Of a stretch of DNA of 64,000 bases, positions 50,103 to 61,800 are shown in pieces. Source of the DNA: Thecamonas trahens ATCC 50062 (Eukaryota > Protista > Apusomonadida); the NCBI RefSeq assembly GCF_000142905.1, contig NW_013657615.1, positions 124,001 through 188,000 on the forward strand, in the 5' to 3' direction. The notes below the pieces were generated by a model. The model had not been told where the DNA came from and searched no databases. It worked only from the letters and a program-made list of their open reading frames with translations. Each line of letters begins with the position of its first letter. Positions within the stretch are counted from its first letter, which is position 1. A program made the position numbers and the translations under genes.

Positions 50103-52424
50103 ATGTCTACCACGTCTGGCACTGACTCGTCAAACTCGTATGGCTCTGACGCTAGCTCGGAGTATGTGTCCGACTCGTACTCGTCGTCTGCGGCTTCGGC
50201 GTCGGGCGACAACTTTCCGCCCGACGGCAAGCCGCATCGCTCGCCGCTGCTTGGGCCCGACGACGAGCTCATCACTCGCCCTGCCCAGTACCCGGATGTT
50301 GAGACCACCCATGACGCGTTCATGACTTCGGTGGCGGCCCGCCCGGATGCGCCCTTCCTCGGCAGCCGCAAACTCATCTCGCCCGGTCGCGCGCCTGCGG
50401 CTGCCGCCTCGTCTGGCACTGGCACTGGCTCATCGTCGGGAAGCTCGTCGAGCTCGTCGAGCGGATCGGAGCAGGCCGAGGCAGCGGACGAGGGCGAGGC
50501 GGCCGAGTTTGGACCGTTTGAGTGGAAGAGCTATGGCGAGGTTGCGGAGCTCGTGCGGCACTTTGGCTCTGCGCTGGTCAAGATCAAGATGGGCAAGGTG
50601 CTTGGGTTGTACATGGACAACTGCGAGGAGTGGGTGATTGCGCAGCTTGCGGCCAACGCGATGGGCAAGGCTGTGGGCGGGATGTACGACACGCTTGGCG
50701 AGGAGGCGCTGCGGTACTGCATCGACATGGCGGAGATGAGCGTGGTGGTGGCGTCGGGTAAGAACCTGCCGCGGATCCTGGCGGTGGCAGAGGATACGCC
50801 GACGCTCAAGTACGTGGTCTACCCGAACGGGTCTGTGGACAAGAAGGCGGCGCGTGCGGCCAAGAAGACGGCCAAGGCGCGCGGGATCAAGCTTTACTCG
50901 TTTGACGAGATGTACGCGCTCGGGGCCAAGGGCAAGGTGCATAAGTTTGCCTCGCAGCGCAAGCTCAACGCGTCGACGCTCAACACACTCTGTTTCACCT
51001 CGGGCACGACAGGCCTGCCCAAGGCGGTCAAGCTGACGCATGGCAATCTGGTGGCCAACCTGGCGGGCGGGATGGCGTCCGGGCTGAAGCTCGAGCGCTT
51101 TGGCGAGGTCCATCTCTCGTACCTCCCGCTGCCGCACGTCTTTGAGCGGCTCATCCAGCTTGGGGTGACGGTGACGGGCGGGGCCATCGGGTTCTTTACC
51201 GGTGACGTGCGGAACTTGCTGGCGGATGTCAAGGAGCTGCGGCCGACGATTTTCCCGGCGGTCCCTCGGGTGCTCAATCGGATCTACTCCAAGGTGATGG
51301 GCGACGTGGAGGCGACGGGCGGGACAAAGGCCATGCTGTTCCGGCGGGCGTACAAGACGAAGCTCAAGAACATGCGCAAGGGCGGGTGCTGCTGCTGCTG
51401 TCGCGGGTGCTGCAAGAAGCCGAACAACACGCACATGGTGTGGGACCGGCTGGTGTTCAAGAAGACCAAGGCTGCGCTCGGTGGGCGAGTCAAGATCATG
51501 GTCACGGGCTCGGCGCCGCTCTCATCGGACGTCATGGAGTTCCTCCGCATCGCCTTTGCCTGCACCGTCCTTGAAGGCTACGGCCAGACCGAGTGCACGG
51601 CGGCAGCAACGCTGACCGACGCCAAGGACTTTACCGTCGGCCACGTCGGCTTCCCGGTCCCATGCGGCGAGATCGCGCTCGCTTCGGTGCCCGACATGGG
51701 CTACTACCCGGACGACGTCGAGGTGCCGCGCAAGGCGCGCAAGGCCGGCAACATCAAGGTAGGCGGCGAGATCTGCCTCCGCGGCCCGCACGTCATGTCG
51801 GGCTACTACAAGAATGCCGAGAAGACGGCCGAGACCATCGACTCGGAGGGCTGGCTCCACACTGGCGACATTGGCATGTGGCTGCCCGACGGCCAGCTCA
51901 AGATCATCGACCGCAAGAAGGCACTCTTCAAGCTCTCGCAGGGTGAGTACGTCGCGCCTGACAAGTGCGAGGGCGTGCTCGCACTCTCGCCGCTTGTCGC
52001 GCAGGTCTTTGTTCACGGCGACTCGCTCCAGCCGCGGGTGGTGGCCGTTGTTGTCCCCGACGCCGACGCCGCCGCCGCCTGGGCCGAGGAGAACGCCGAC
52101 AAGCTTCGCAAGGGCAAGGGCAAGGGCAAGGGCAAGGGCAAGGGCAAGGGCAAGGGCAAGGATAAGGCCTCGCTCTATTCGTCGCCTGACTTCCGCAAGG
52201 CCATTCTCGCCTCGATGGTGGCCGAGGGCCGCGCCGCAGGCCAGGACGGCCACCCGAAGCTCCGTGGCTTTGAGATCCCCATCAACGTCTACCTCCACCC
52301 GCGTGAGTTTGGCGACGACGAGCTGACGACACCGACGCAGAAGCTCAAGCGCTCGGTCGCTGCTGAGTTCTTTGCCGACGAGATCGAGGCCATGTACGAG
52401 GAGGGGGCCATCCTTGACAAGTAG
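50103..52424 (+). CDS. ACSL: Long-chain fatty acyl-CoA synthetase
   Basis: CFTSGTTGLPKAV, SYLPLPHVFER, EGYGQTE, GWLHTGDIG, IIDRKKALFKLSQGEYVAP, TPTQKLKR. Confidence 0.95.
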   Translation: MSTTSGTDSSNSYGSDASSEYVSDSYSSSAASASGDNFPPDGKPHRSPLLGPDDELITRPAQYPDVETTHDAFMTSVAARPDAPFLGSRKLISPGRAPAAAASSGTGTGSSSGSSSSSSSGSEQAEAADEGEAAEFGPFEWKSYGEVAELVRHFGSALVKIKMGKVLGLYMDNCEEWVIAQLAANAMGKAVGGMYDTLGEEALRYCIDMAEMSVVVASGKNLPRILAVAEDTPTLKYVVYPNGSVDKKAARAAKKTAKARGIKLYSFDEMYALGAKGKVHKFASQRKLNASTLNTLCFTSGTTGLPKAVKLTHGNLVANLAGGMASGLKLERFGEVHLSYLPLPHVFERLIQLGVTVTGGAIGFFTGDVRNLLADVKELRPTIFPAVPRVLNRIYSKVMGDVEATGGTKAMLFRRAYKTKLKNMRKGGCCCCCRGCCKKPNNTHMVWDRLVFKKTKAALGGRVKIMVTGSAPLSSDVMEFLRIAFACTVLEGYGQTECTAAATLTDAKDFTVGHVGFPVPCGEIALASVPDMGYYPDDVEVPRKARKAGNIKVGGEICLRGPHVMSGYYKNAEKTAETIDSEGWLHTGDIGMWLPDGQLKIIDRKKALFKLSQGEYVAPDKCEGVLALSPLVAQVFVHGDSLQPRVVAVVVPDADAAAAWAEENADKLRKGKGKGKGKGKGKGKGKDKASLYSSPDFRKAILASMVAEGRAAGQDGHPKLRGFEIPINVYLHPREFGDDELTTPTQKLKRSVAAEFFADEIEAMYEEGAILDK

Positions 52425-52615
52425 TCGGCGCGTCGTAAAGTGGTGTTTGTGAATGGGTGTGCGTTTGTGTGTGTGCGTATGAGAGTGTGTGTGTGTGAGG
52501 GGGAGGGGGGTGGGGTGGGGTGGATATGGAGCAATCCGCGCGCGACAGGGCTTGGCATCAGCGCCAACGCCACCTGCGGGCTGCGGTGTGGTGGAGAACA
52601 GCTGAAAACAAGCCA

Positions 52616-53573
52616 TCAGCTGATGATGCAGCAGCACTGGCTTGAGTTAGGCTCCGGATCGGGGGCTTCCTTGGGATCGGTGGCGTTCTGGCGCGGCTCG
52701 GGACGGGCGAGGATGGCCTCGTAGGCCGGAAAGTCAGCGTCGTACTGGGAAAAGATGGAAAAGTAAAAGGCGTCAAAGTCGTCGTAGGTGACAGCGTCCG
52801 GGTTGTACATGGTCTGGCGCATCTCGACGAGGATGACCTTTTCTCTGATATTGAGAAAGTAGGCGAGGCGTGTGGCGAGGTCTGCGGTGGTGATCTGGAC
52901 CGAGTCGAGGCGGAGCATGCGCCAGATAGCGCTCGAGTGGCGGAACCAGAACTTTGTCAGAACCTTGCCGTAGGCAGAGAGCGCAATGGCGATAAAGATG
53001 AAGACCTGCTCAAAGTACAGCTCGCCCTGATCTTCCACGTCCAGGTAGTCGAGCCAGTCGAGAAGCTGATGATCGGTCAGCTGAGTCACCTCGCGACCAA
53101 ACAGCACAAACTCGTCCTCTCCAAAGGTCAGCACCGATGATGCGCCCACCAGCTTTTTTGTCGCACGGAGAGAGAACCAGTACTGCAAGCCGGCGAGGCC
53201 TTCGGTTGTGTACATCGAGTCGTACAGCCGAGCCGCCTCGGCACGTGCGTCCACGTTGAGTTTGTTCGACTAGGGGAGGGGGGAGGAAGGGGGGGGGGGT
53301 GAGTGGAGGGGGGAGGGGGGAGGGGGAGGGCGCATGGTGGTGGCGTGGTGGCTTGGTGGCATGGTGTGGCGTGGTGGTGTGGTGGCGTGGTGGCGTGGCC
53401 TGGCGGGAGGAGGGGAGGAGGAGGAGGAGGAGGAAGAGGAGGTGACATTGTGTGCGTGCGTGTGTATGGGTAGGAGGGGGGGGTGTAGGTGAGGGGTGGC
53501 ATACGTGTTCGCTTTGGCTCTGTGCGCTCTGTCGGAAGAGGATGTCGCGTAGGAGCACCACGTCGACCCGCAT
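52616..53573 (-). CDS. EFCAB9: EFCAB9-like EF-hand protein with CaaX tail; exons 53573-53505, 53269-52616
   Basis: EVTQLT..Q...LDYLDVEDQGELYFEQ...FWFRHS..IWRML...FLNI...YDDF aligns with EFCAB9 (VTDLK..Q..FDMLD...GEIDFE...FMYRHS). Phase-0 intron GTATGC..CTAG. Ends CCCIIS. Confidence 0.72.
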
Positions 53574-53742
53574 GGCGTGTCGGCTACCGGTGGTGCCTCG
53601 GCCAATTGGGGGAGTGGAATGAATGATTGGTTGTTGGCTTGGGTAAGAGAAGGGGGGTGGGTGGCTGCCAACCGCTGAATGTTCCATGGCGAAAACGGCG
53701 CGAGACGGTCGACACAAGGCAGTGAGGAGGGCGGGGGGACAT

Positions 53743-56700
53743 TTACAGCCGCGGCTGAGCGGGTACGGGGCGGGCCGGGATGGGCTCGGTGTAGTTGTAG
53801 GGGAAGACGCCTTCGGCGCCAGTGGCGAGGGCACCGAGCGCCCAGCCGTCGTCGTAGATGGCAAAGATGGAGAGCTTGTCGCCGCGGGCAAAGGAGAGCT
53901 CGTCGGCCGACGAGCCGTGGAAGGGATAGCGAGCGACAACAACTTCGAGGACGACGCGAGCGGCCTCGGCGGCGGCGGCAGCGCCGACGTCGGTGCTGAG
54001 CGTTGCTGGCGCTGGATCGTACGAGTCGTAGGTGTCGAGGCCGGGCTTGGTCACCATCGAGCTGTCGCTGGCCATGATGACCGAGAGCTCGGTACCGGGC
54101 TGGGCCGCGGTGGTGGCAAACGAGTCGAAAAAGTCTGTGGCATCGGCGTTGCGCCGGCGAACGACGAGGACGATGACAACGGCGGCGACGAGGACGACGA
54201 CGCCTGCGCCAGCGGCGATGAAAATCCACATTGACAGGCCGCCGATGCCTGACGATGACGGCGGCGACGGCGTGTTGGACGCCGCAACCGACGCGTCGAG
54301 CGCATCCTGGTTGCCCTCGATCGCCATGAATGCGACTGACGTCGCCACCGAGGTGTCGATCCACACATACATCTCCGACAGCGCGCGGGTCTCCAGCACA
54401 GTGTACGAGACCTGCTGGCCGCCGGCCGACGCCGACGCCGCACCGAGGTCGACGGCGCCCGAGTTACCGGTCCTGATTGTCAGCCGCGCACCGGGCGCGT
54501 CCGGCACTGCGGCAACGGTCATCGGCCCAGTCATCTCGCCGAGCGCTATGCGGACAAAAACGGGTGACGTCGGGTTCGCGCGGTCACCGACCTGCACCAG
54601 CGTGCCCGAGTACGAGACCGAGTGCACCATTTTGGCCACGCAGGTGTTGGTGGCGCTCACCTCCTCACCCCAGCCGCAAGAGGCGGGCGTGACGGATGGA
54701 GGCGGGGCGGGGGTGGGGGTCGGCGTGGGGGTGGGAGTTGGGGTAGGCGGCGACGGCGGTGATCCGGGGGCCGGGGTGGGGGCCGGGGTGGGAGATGGAG
54801 TCGGGCCTGGAGTGGGGGCCGGGGTGGGGGCCGGGGTTGGGCCTGGAGTGGGGGCCGGGGTGGGGGCCGGGGTGGGGGCCGGGGTTGGACCGGGAGTGGG
54901 AGCTGGGGTTGGGCCTGGCGTGGGCGATGGAGTCGGGGCCGGGGTTGGGCCTGGCGTGGGCGATGGAGTCGGGGCCGGGGTGGGGGCCGGAGTCGGGGCC
55001 GGAGTCGGGGCCGGAGTCGGGGCCGGAGTCGGGGCCGGAGTCGGGGCCGGAGTCGGGGCCGGAGTCGGGGCCGGAGTCGGGGCCGGGGTGGGGGCCGGAG
55101 TCGGGGCCGGAGTCGGGGCCGGAGTGCAGATGTTGCCAACTCGGTACATCGACTTGGAGGTGCCTCCAGTGGTGTCGGGGATGTGCGAGTAGATGCCGAC
55201 CTGATCTAGGAGGTACGACTGGAAGAGGTTGGGCGCGGACCCGGAAAAGCCAGTGGAGCAGAGGAAGAAGCGGTTGGCGGAGCGAGCACCCGAGGCGGCA
55301 AAGCCGAGCTCGGTGAGCGGGATGCGGACCAGGGTCCATGCCTCGCGCGTCACGGCACCGTTGTGAAAGTGTGAAGCATCGAGCCAGACCTTGCCGAAGC
55401 GGGAGCCGTCGGTGTAGCGAACGTCGGCAAAGATCTTGACGGCGGTCGGGTTGGTGTCAACGCGCCGCATCCAGAACTGAAAGTACCGCGAGCTGGAGGG
55501 GATGCTGTAGGTGTTGGGCGAGTTGGCGGTGAAGCGGAGGCACGAGGACTCGCCAAACTTGTAGTAGTACGACGAGGTGCCGCACCGCTCGTCGGCCGAG
55601 TAGCCCTTGTTTTCGTCGGCGTCGTACGGGCCGTACGAAGAGTCGACGCAGCCGGGCTCGGTATCGCCGTCCTTGTAAAAGGTGAGGTCACCGTCGCCGC
55701 ACGGAACCGCCGGCTCGGGCGTGGAGGTCGGCGCCGAGCACGAGCCGTCGTGGCATCCGATGCGGGCAACTAGGGCCGGGCTATGTGCCGCAGTCGAGAG
55801 CGCAACCTCGTACTCACCGGCCCACAGCGACTCGTGCTGGACCCAGGCGAGCTGGAGGCCACCTTCCCACGGTGCAGCGAGCGTGCCGAGGTCGCGGATG
55901 ATGTTGCTCGGGTTGCCGCGCTCGCGGATGACCGCTGACGTGATGCCGACCAGCGAGGTCTCGATGTTCCAGTGGACGGTGCCGAGCGCCGGAAAGTACT
56001 CAAACCAGGCGGTACCTGAAGCCGTCGAAGATGAGCCGGCCTGGCAGGCCTGGAGGTCGCCGCGGTAGGTGTCGTACGACCACGGCATGTCTGCCGGCAG
56101 CGCTGGGTTGCCGGCGGCGCAATTGCCACCGCACGACGCCTGGATGTCAATCGAGGCGGTGCCCTCGGACGTGGTAAAGCCAAACAGGTCCCAGTTCGCG
56201 TCGCCAATCTCCTGCACAAACACGTGCAGCCAGCGGCCCTCAAAGATCCATGGGTTGTCGTAGGAGAGCTGGGCGCGCGATGCCGCGGCAGGCATAGCTG
56301 TTCCAGAGCGTGTGATGGTAAAAGTGGTCCCGGTCGGGTAGGGGAAGGCGACGGTGTACCACGAGAGGTCAGGCGCGTAGTGGTGGTACGGGCGAAGGAA
56401 AGGCGGAGTGTTGTGCGGGAAGCGCATGGCATAGGCGCGGCGCGGCACAACATTGAGTTTGTACTCCCGCGGGTCGATGCCGCGGCCGTCTCCAGTGGTG
56501 ATGCCGGCAGCGCCGTTGGAGAGCGCGTAAAAGGTGCCGCGGACGTGGTCGGTGTTGGAGCCGTAGTTTGTACCGGGCACGTTCTCGTTATCGATGCGGA
56601 GCGAAGCGACACCACCCGGGAACGAGGGACAGACGCGGAGGCCACCGTCTGAGCCCCAGTCAGGGTGCGAGACGCAGCCGGTTGAGGGCATGTTGGCTCG

Positions 56701-58637
56701 GATAAGCGGCTCGTCGGTGAAAATCCAGCCGCCGACGTGGCCGGTGAGGGTGCCGTCGACGTCGCGGACGGCCATGCGGACGGCGTTTTCGGAGATGGGC
56801 GAGCAGAACTTGATAAAGGCCGGCTGCGAGTTGTCGAGGACTGGGCCGAGGTTGCCGCGACCGCGGATCTTGTTGCTCGCAGTGTGCGAGTTGGGCGCGC
56901 AAATGTGCTGGCTCACGGCGCCGGCTGGGCGGAAGGCATCCGAGGTGTAGCCAACGGCACGGAAGCCGTCGAGGTAGGCCGGCCCGTCGTTGTCGTACTG
57001 CTGAAAGGCGGCGACAGGCTCTGAGGTCGACGACGGCGAGGCGAGGGAGCGGCCGGCGGAGATCTCGAGTGGAGTCCGCGGCTCGCCGACGTTGGGCGTG
57101 TTCTCAAAGGCGAGGAGGTCCTCGATGATGTTGAACGAGCCGACAACGTTGACGCCAGCCTTGCAGTTGGCAATGACTGGGCGGAGAAAGCGGAAGCGGC
57201 GGCCGCGCGACCAGATGCCGAGGTTGGTGCACTTGTAGGCGACAATGTCTGAGATGACGGTGTCGACCATGGAGCGGGTCGAGTATGACGACGCGTCCCA
57301 CGGACCGGGCCGTGGCTTGAACACCGCCTGCTCGATCGAGTTGTCGGGCCGCGGGCCAAAGTCGAACATGAGGCCGTCGCGGCACGAGTGGACGGTGCAG
57401 GAGCGGAGCGAGGTCAGCGGCATCTGGCGCGGGTAGATGTCGGAGGAGGCGTACTTGGCCTGGGAGAGGCCGATGACCCGCTCGGAGAGGGCGACCCAGA
57501 TACCGGTGTCAAAGCCGGCGACGGCGCAGTTCTCGACGGTGTTCTGAGCGTTCGCGAGCCAGATGCCCGACGGCTTGTTGTCGTGTGGAAGGAGCGAGCC
57601 GTCACGGCCAGTGACGACCAGGTTGTTGGTGATGACGTTGTCGGTCTCGGGCCCGTCCTCAAGAAAGATGGCGTGGCCGACAATGTCGTAGCAGACGTTG
57701 CCGTCGACAGTGAGCGAGCGGGTGTCGTGGAGCACGATGCACCGCTGGTACGAGCGGTGGATAGACGAGTCGCGGATGTACGAGCCGAGGGCGGTGACAT
57801 CCTGCGAGAGGTGAAAGTGGACCGGGTAGCGGCCGAGAAAGTTGCGCTGGCCGGCGCGGGTGATCTCGACTGCAGTGAGGCGGACGGTGGCCTCGTTGTG
57901 GATGATCTGGACGCCAAACTCGGAGGACTCAGACGAGGCGTCGCCTTGGATCTTGATGTTGCGCGAGAGGAGGCCAACCTCGCCGACCTCGTAGCCGTCG
58001 CCGTAGTGCATGTGCGCGAGCGGGGTGGCAAAGTGCAGCCGGCGGTTCCCGTTTGACCGCGAAGTGATGGTGCGGACCTCGGTCTGGTCGGCGTAAAAGT
58101 CAGTGGTGACAATGACAATCTCGTCGCCCGGGTTCCAGCCTGACGCCGAGGCCTCGAGGTCGACGTAGGTCCGCCCGGCCGGCGCGGTGGCGGCAAGGCG
58201 GGTCCATGTCCGAGCAGGCGACGAGCCATGGAGCTCGAGCGTGCCGCCGGTGTGTGTGCCAATGCCCTTGGAGCCGAGCCCGTTGCCGAGGTTGTCGATC
58301 GATGACGCGGCGCCAGCAAAGGTAAAACAATGTCTGCCGTGAGGCGACAGTCGGGCGAGCCGCCAATGAGGGCGCCGCCCGAGTCGATGCGGATGTGGTT
58401 GATGTCGATGTTCATGGCGGTGTTGTCCAGAATGACCGTACCACCATTGCGAATACGCAACGAAGAGAGACTCACCGAGGTGTCCAGCAGAATGGTGGTG
58501 GTGATCGACGGCGAGCTACCGGCTGGCGGGTTGGTCGACCACCGGTTCGTAACGCTTGCGTGCGGACAAGCGGCAGTCACCGGTGGCGCCCAGAGCACGG
58601 ACGCGAGGAGGAGCGCAAGCGTCAGGTGCCACAACAT
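53743..58637 (-). CDS. CEMIP/TMEM2/fibrocystin-like G8 + beta-helix protein with CHRD-like, CBM-like, PT stalk, TM and cytoplasmic SH3; apparent 1-nt deletion at 58324-58327
   Basis: Signal peptide; G8 ([27 protein letters not shown]); [13 protein letters not shown]; GRYPVHFH; GHAIFLEDG; [28 protein letters not shown]; SH3 ARYPF...DELSF..GD...GW...GVFPYNY. Confidence 0.88.
54708..55125 (-). repeat. 12-bp coding repeat encoding a (PTPA/G/S)n stalk
   Basis: GGAGTCGGGGCC-type units on the plus strand. Confidence 0.92.
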
Positions 58638-58896
58638 ACTGTACAGAGGGGAAGGAAGTTGGAGGGCCACGGCTGTGAGTAGGTGGAGGCGTGGTCGTGC
58701 AGGTGCATGGGCAGGAGGTGGAGGAGGAGGGAGGGAAGGGCTTGCAAGGGTGGTAAGGCGATGTACATTTTTTTTCTGCGGGGAGAGGGTGCGGCAGAGA
58801 CGAATGGAAGGCAAATAAGTGATGAACGGCTTGATTGATGGTTTGTCGGGTGAGGGCTGACTTTTTCGGGTGGGCCACGCGCGTGGAGCATGACGA

Positions 58897-61800
58897 CTAC
58901 TGCGTCGGCGTGTGTGTCGGGCGCGAGTTGCGACGGGGTCGGTCGTGGGAGCGGGGGCGGTCGCGCGAGCGTGGGTGGGGCGGAAAGCCAGCGGTCGAGG
59001 GTGATGGCGAAGGTGATGGCGAGGGTGATGGCGAGGGTGAGTGCAAGTGCTCTGAGGGCGCGACGCGGGACTTGTTACGGTGGCGGACCGGCGAGACCGA
59101 GGCGTGTGAGGCGCGGCGGACCGGGAGGAGATGGGCCGAGTGCGAGGTTTTGAGCTTGGGCGTGGGTAGCGGCGGGTCGGAGCCTTGGCGGTCGCGGGAT
59201 GGTTGCTGGTTGTGGAGGGCGCGGATGATGGGCGAGTTGCGGGCGGTGCGCGAGCCGCGGCGCGGCTGAGACGCCGAGCGTTCGTTCGAGGCGAGGCTGC
59301 GGCTCGTGGCAGCCGAACGTGACGAGGCTGGCTTGCGGACGCGGGCCATAAGGTCGGCGGTCTTGGGCGAGGGCGGCTCAGACCCGTTCGAGTCGCGGCG
59401 GCCGCCGCGGGCCATGAGGGCGAGGCCCGGCGAGGAGCGAGCCATGCAAGTGAGCGAGTCGTCCGAGGTCAGGCCGCTCGCATCGCGGTGGTCGGCGCGT
59501 GAGTCTAGCATTGACGAGCTCGACGAGCCAAGGATGGCGGGTGAGATGGTGACGACAACCTCGTCGCCCAAGGCGGAGGATGCGGACGACGACGATGAGG
59601 CTGCGGACGCGACCAAGGCTGCGCCGCGGCCCGAGACGACCGAGCTGAGCGCGGTCTTGAGCGACGGGCTGGAGACGTCAGCATAGTGGGCGTTGAGCAT
59701 AGAGACGAGCATGACGTCATGGGCGGCAGTAAGAGTGTGGCCAGAGCTCGAGGGCTTGCGGAGGCGCTCGGAGACTTCGGCGATGGCGGACGACGCGAGG
59801 AAGATGACGGCGGTGACGATGACGGCAACGGCGACGCCAACGACGACCCAGAACGAGGCGCGGTTTGGCCAGTCGTCGGCCCAGAAGAGGATGCCACAGA
59901 GAATGAGAGCGACGATGCAGATGTTGAGTCTCGTCTCGAGCCGGTTATGGGCAGGGGCGTAGAACGGGTAGGCGCGGAGCTGGTGAATGAGGAAAGCAAG
60001 GAAGACGGTCATGAGGCCGGAGAAGAGCCATACGGTGATGTTGGAGAAGAAGAGCGAGGCGACAACGATAAAGAGCCGCTGCACGAGGAGGGCCACCTCG
60101 TACCAGTAGTAGTGGCGGCGGTAGGTGTTGTAGATGGAGCCAAAGCGGAGGAGGGTTGTGGGGTCTTCGAGCGAGTTGCGCGAGCGGTAGAGCATGGCGG
60201 CAAAGTAGGTGGGCATGAAGAGAACGTAGACGACAAAGCCGGCGATGGCGAGCGGGAGGTAGCGCCACCACGAGGGCGAGAAGCAGGCTTCGGAGAGCTC
60301 GGCATCGAGGTAGTAGCCGCCGTCGGGCAGCTGCGTGCAGTCAAAGTAGACGAGGGTGGCGCGGCAGAGCGGGATGTACATGATGGGGCCAAAGGTGAAG
60401 AGGAGGCGCTCGGCAATGGCGCGCGTGGGGACGGCGGCGATGATGGCGAGCTTGCGGAAGGCGCAGAGGTGCGGAACTAGCTTGACGATGGCAATCATGG
60501 CGGCGATGGTGACGATCATGGCAGCGGGAAGGGCGAGCGAGAGCGAGTAGCGGGCCACAAACGACGAGAGGGTACAGTCTGTGGCAAAGATGGAGAGGTC
60601 GACGTTGGCGACATTGGCGGCCTCGAGGATTTGCTTGATAGGCGGGGTCGGCCAGTTGAACGGAGCCGAGGCCAGGATGCCGAGGACTTGTAGGAAGATA
60701 AGGGTGACGGTGACGGCGTGAGGCACCAGCTTGTGGCGCGCGGCAAAAGCAGTCTCGCTCACGTCGCCCTCACCAAAGACGGTGTCGGCGCCGGAAAAGA
60801 TGTGGACGGCAGTGAAGAGAACGGCGGCAAAGGCGACGATGGAGCCAATGATGACAATGATGACGAGGACAAAGAAGAGCGCGGTCGACGAGCCCGGGCA
60901 CGGGCGGCAGGTCCGATCCTGACGGCGGTAAAAGCCGCGAGCACAGTCCTTGCACATGAACGAGTCGGCCACGTACGAGGCGGCGCAGGAGCCGGCGCCG
61001 AGGCAGGCCTCGGGCACCGGGCAGCGGGCAAACTTGCCCGAGGTTGGCGGGCCAGTGGGATACCATTCCGGGCGGGCAACAGGGAGCGAAGAGCGGCCAG
61101 CGCAGGTTGCACCAGCCGGACACTCGAGGCAGGCGACGTCGGGAGCAGCGGTCGGTGTCCAGAAGCCCAGGTCACAAACGCAGACGCTGAGCTCACCAGT
61201 GACGTTGTGGACGGATCTGACGGTGTTTGCCGGGCAGGACGAGCATGCGCCGTCGACAAAGTCCTCACCACTGTCGCATGTCGGGACCGGGGTGCACGCC
61301 GCGGTCGAGGTGTTGGACGAAAAGGTGAACGGCGGACAGCGGACGCAGAGGAGCGGCGCGTCCGACAGAGAGTTTGAGCCGTAGTTTGGTCCGCACTGGG
61401 CGACGGCGACGGCGAGCGAAAGCGCGGGCGGGGCAAAGGTGCCGGCGCGGCGCAGCTCGATGGCGACGAGCGGATCGCCGGCGTCCCACAGCGCTTCAGT
61501 CCACACTACGGCAGTGACAGCAAGATTGGTGAGGGCGATTTGACCGGTGGCGGGGTCGATGAGCGCACCCGCGATGCCGGCAGCGGCAAAGACGGTGGGC
61601 TGGTCGACGGTCGGGGCGAGGGCGATGGAGTTGTCGCGGACTAGCGCACCGTAGCCGTCATAGACGGCGACAGCGCCGGCACCAAAAGCGACGCCTGACA
61701 TGACTGATGACGGCACTGGGAGTTCGAGAGCGAGCGATGCTGTCGAGGTGGCGCGATTCGGACCATAGCCCGCAGTGGTGGGCGGCGAGGGTGAGGCCGT

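Noticed and set aside
1-53573. Functional cluster of flagellar or Ca2+ genes (Slo-like, ZMYND12, SARAF-like, MORN3, EFCAB9)
   Set aside because: They are scattered over 50 kb among unrelated housekeeping genes with no evidence of co-regulation.
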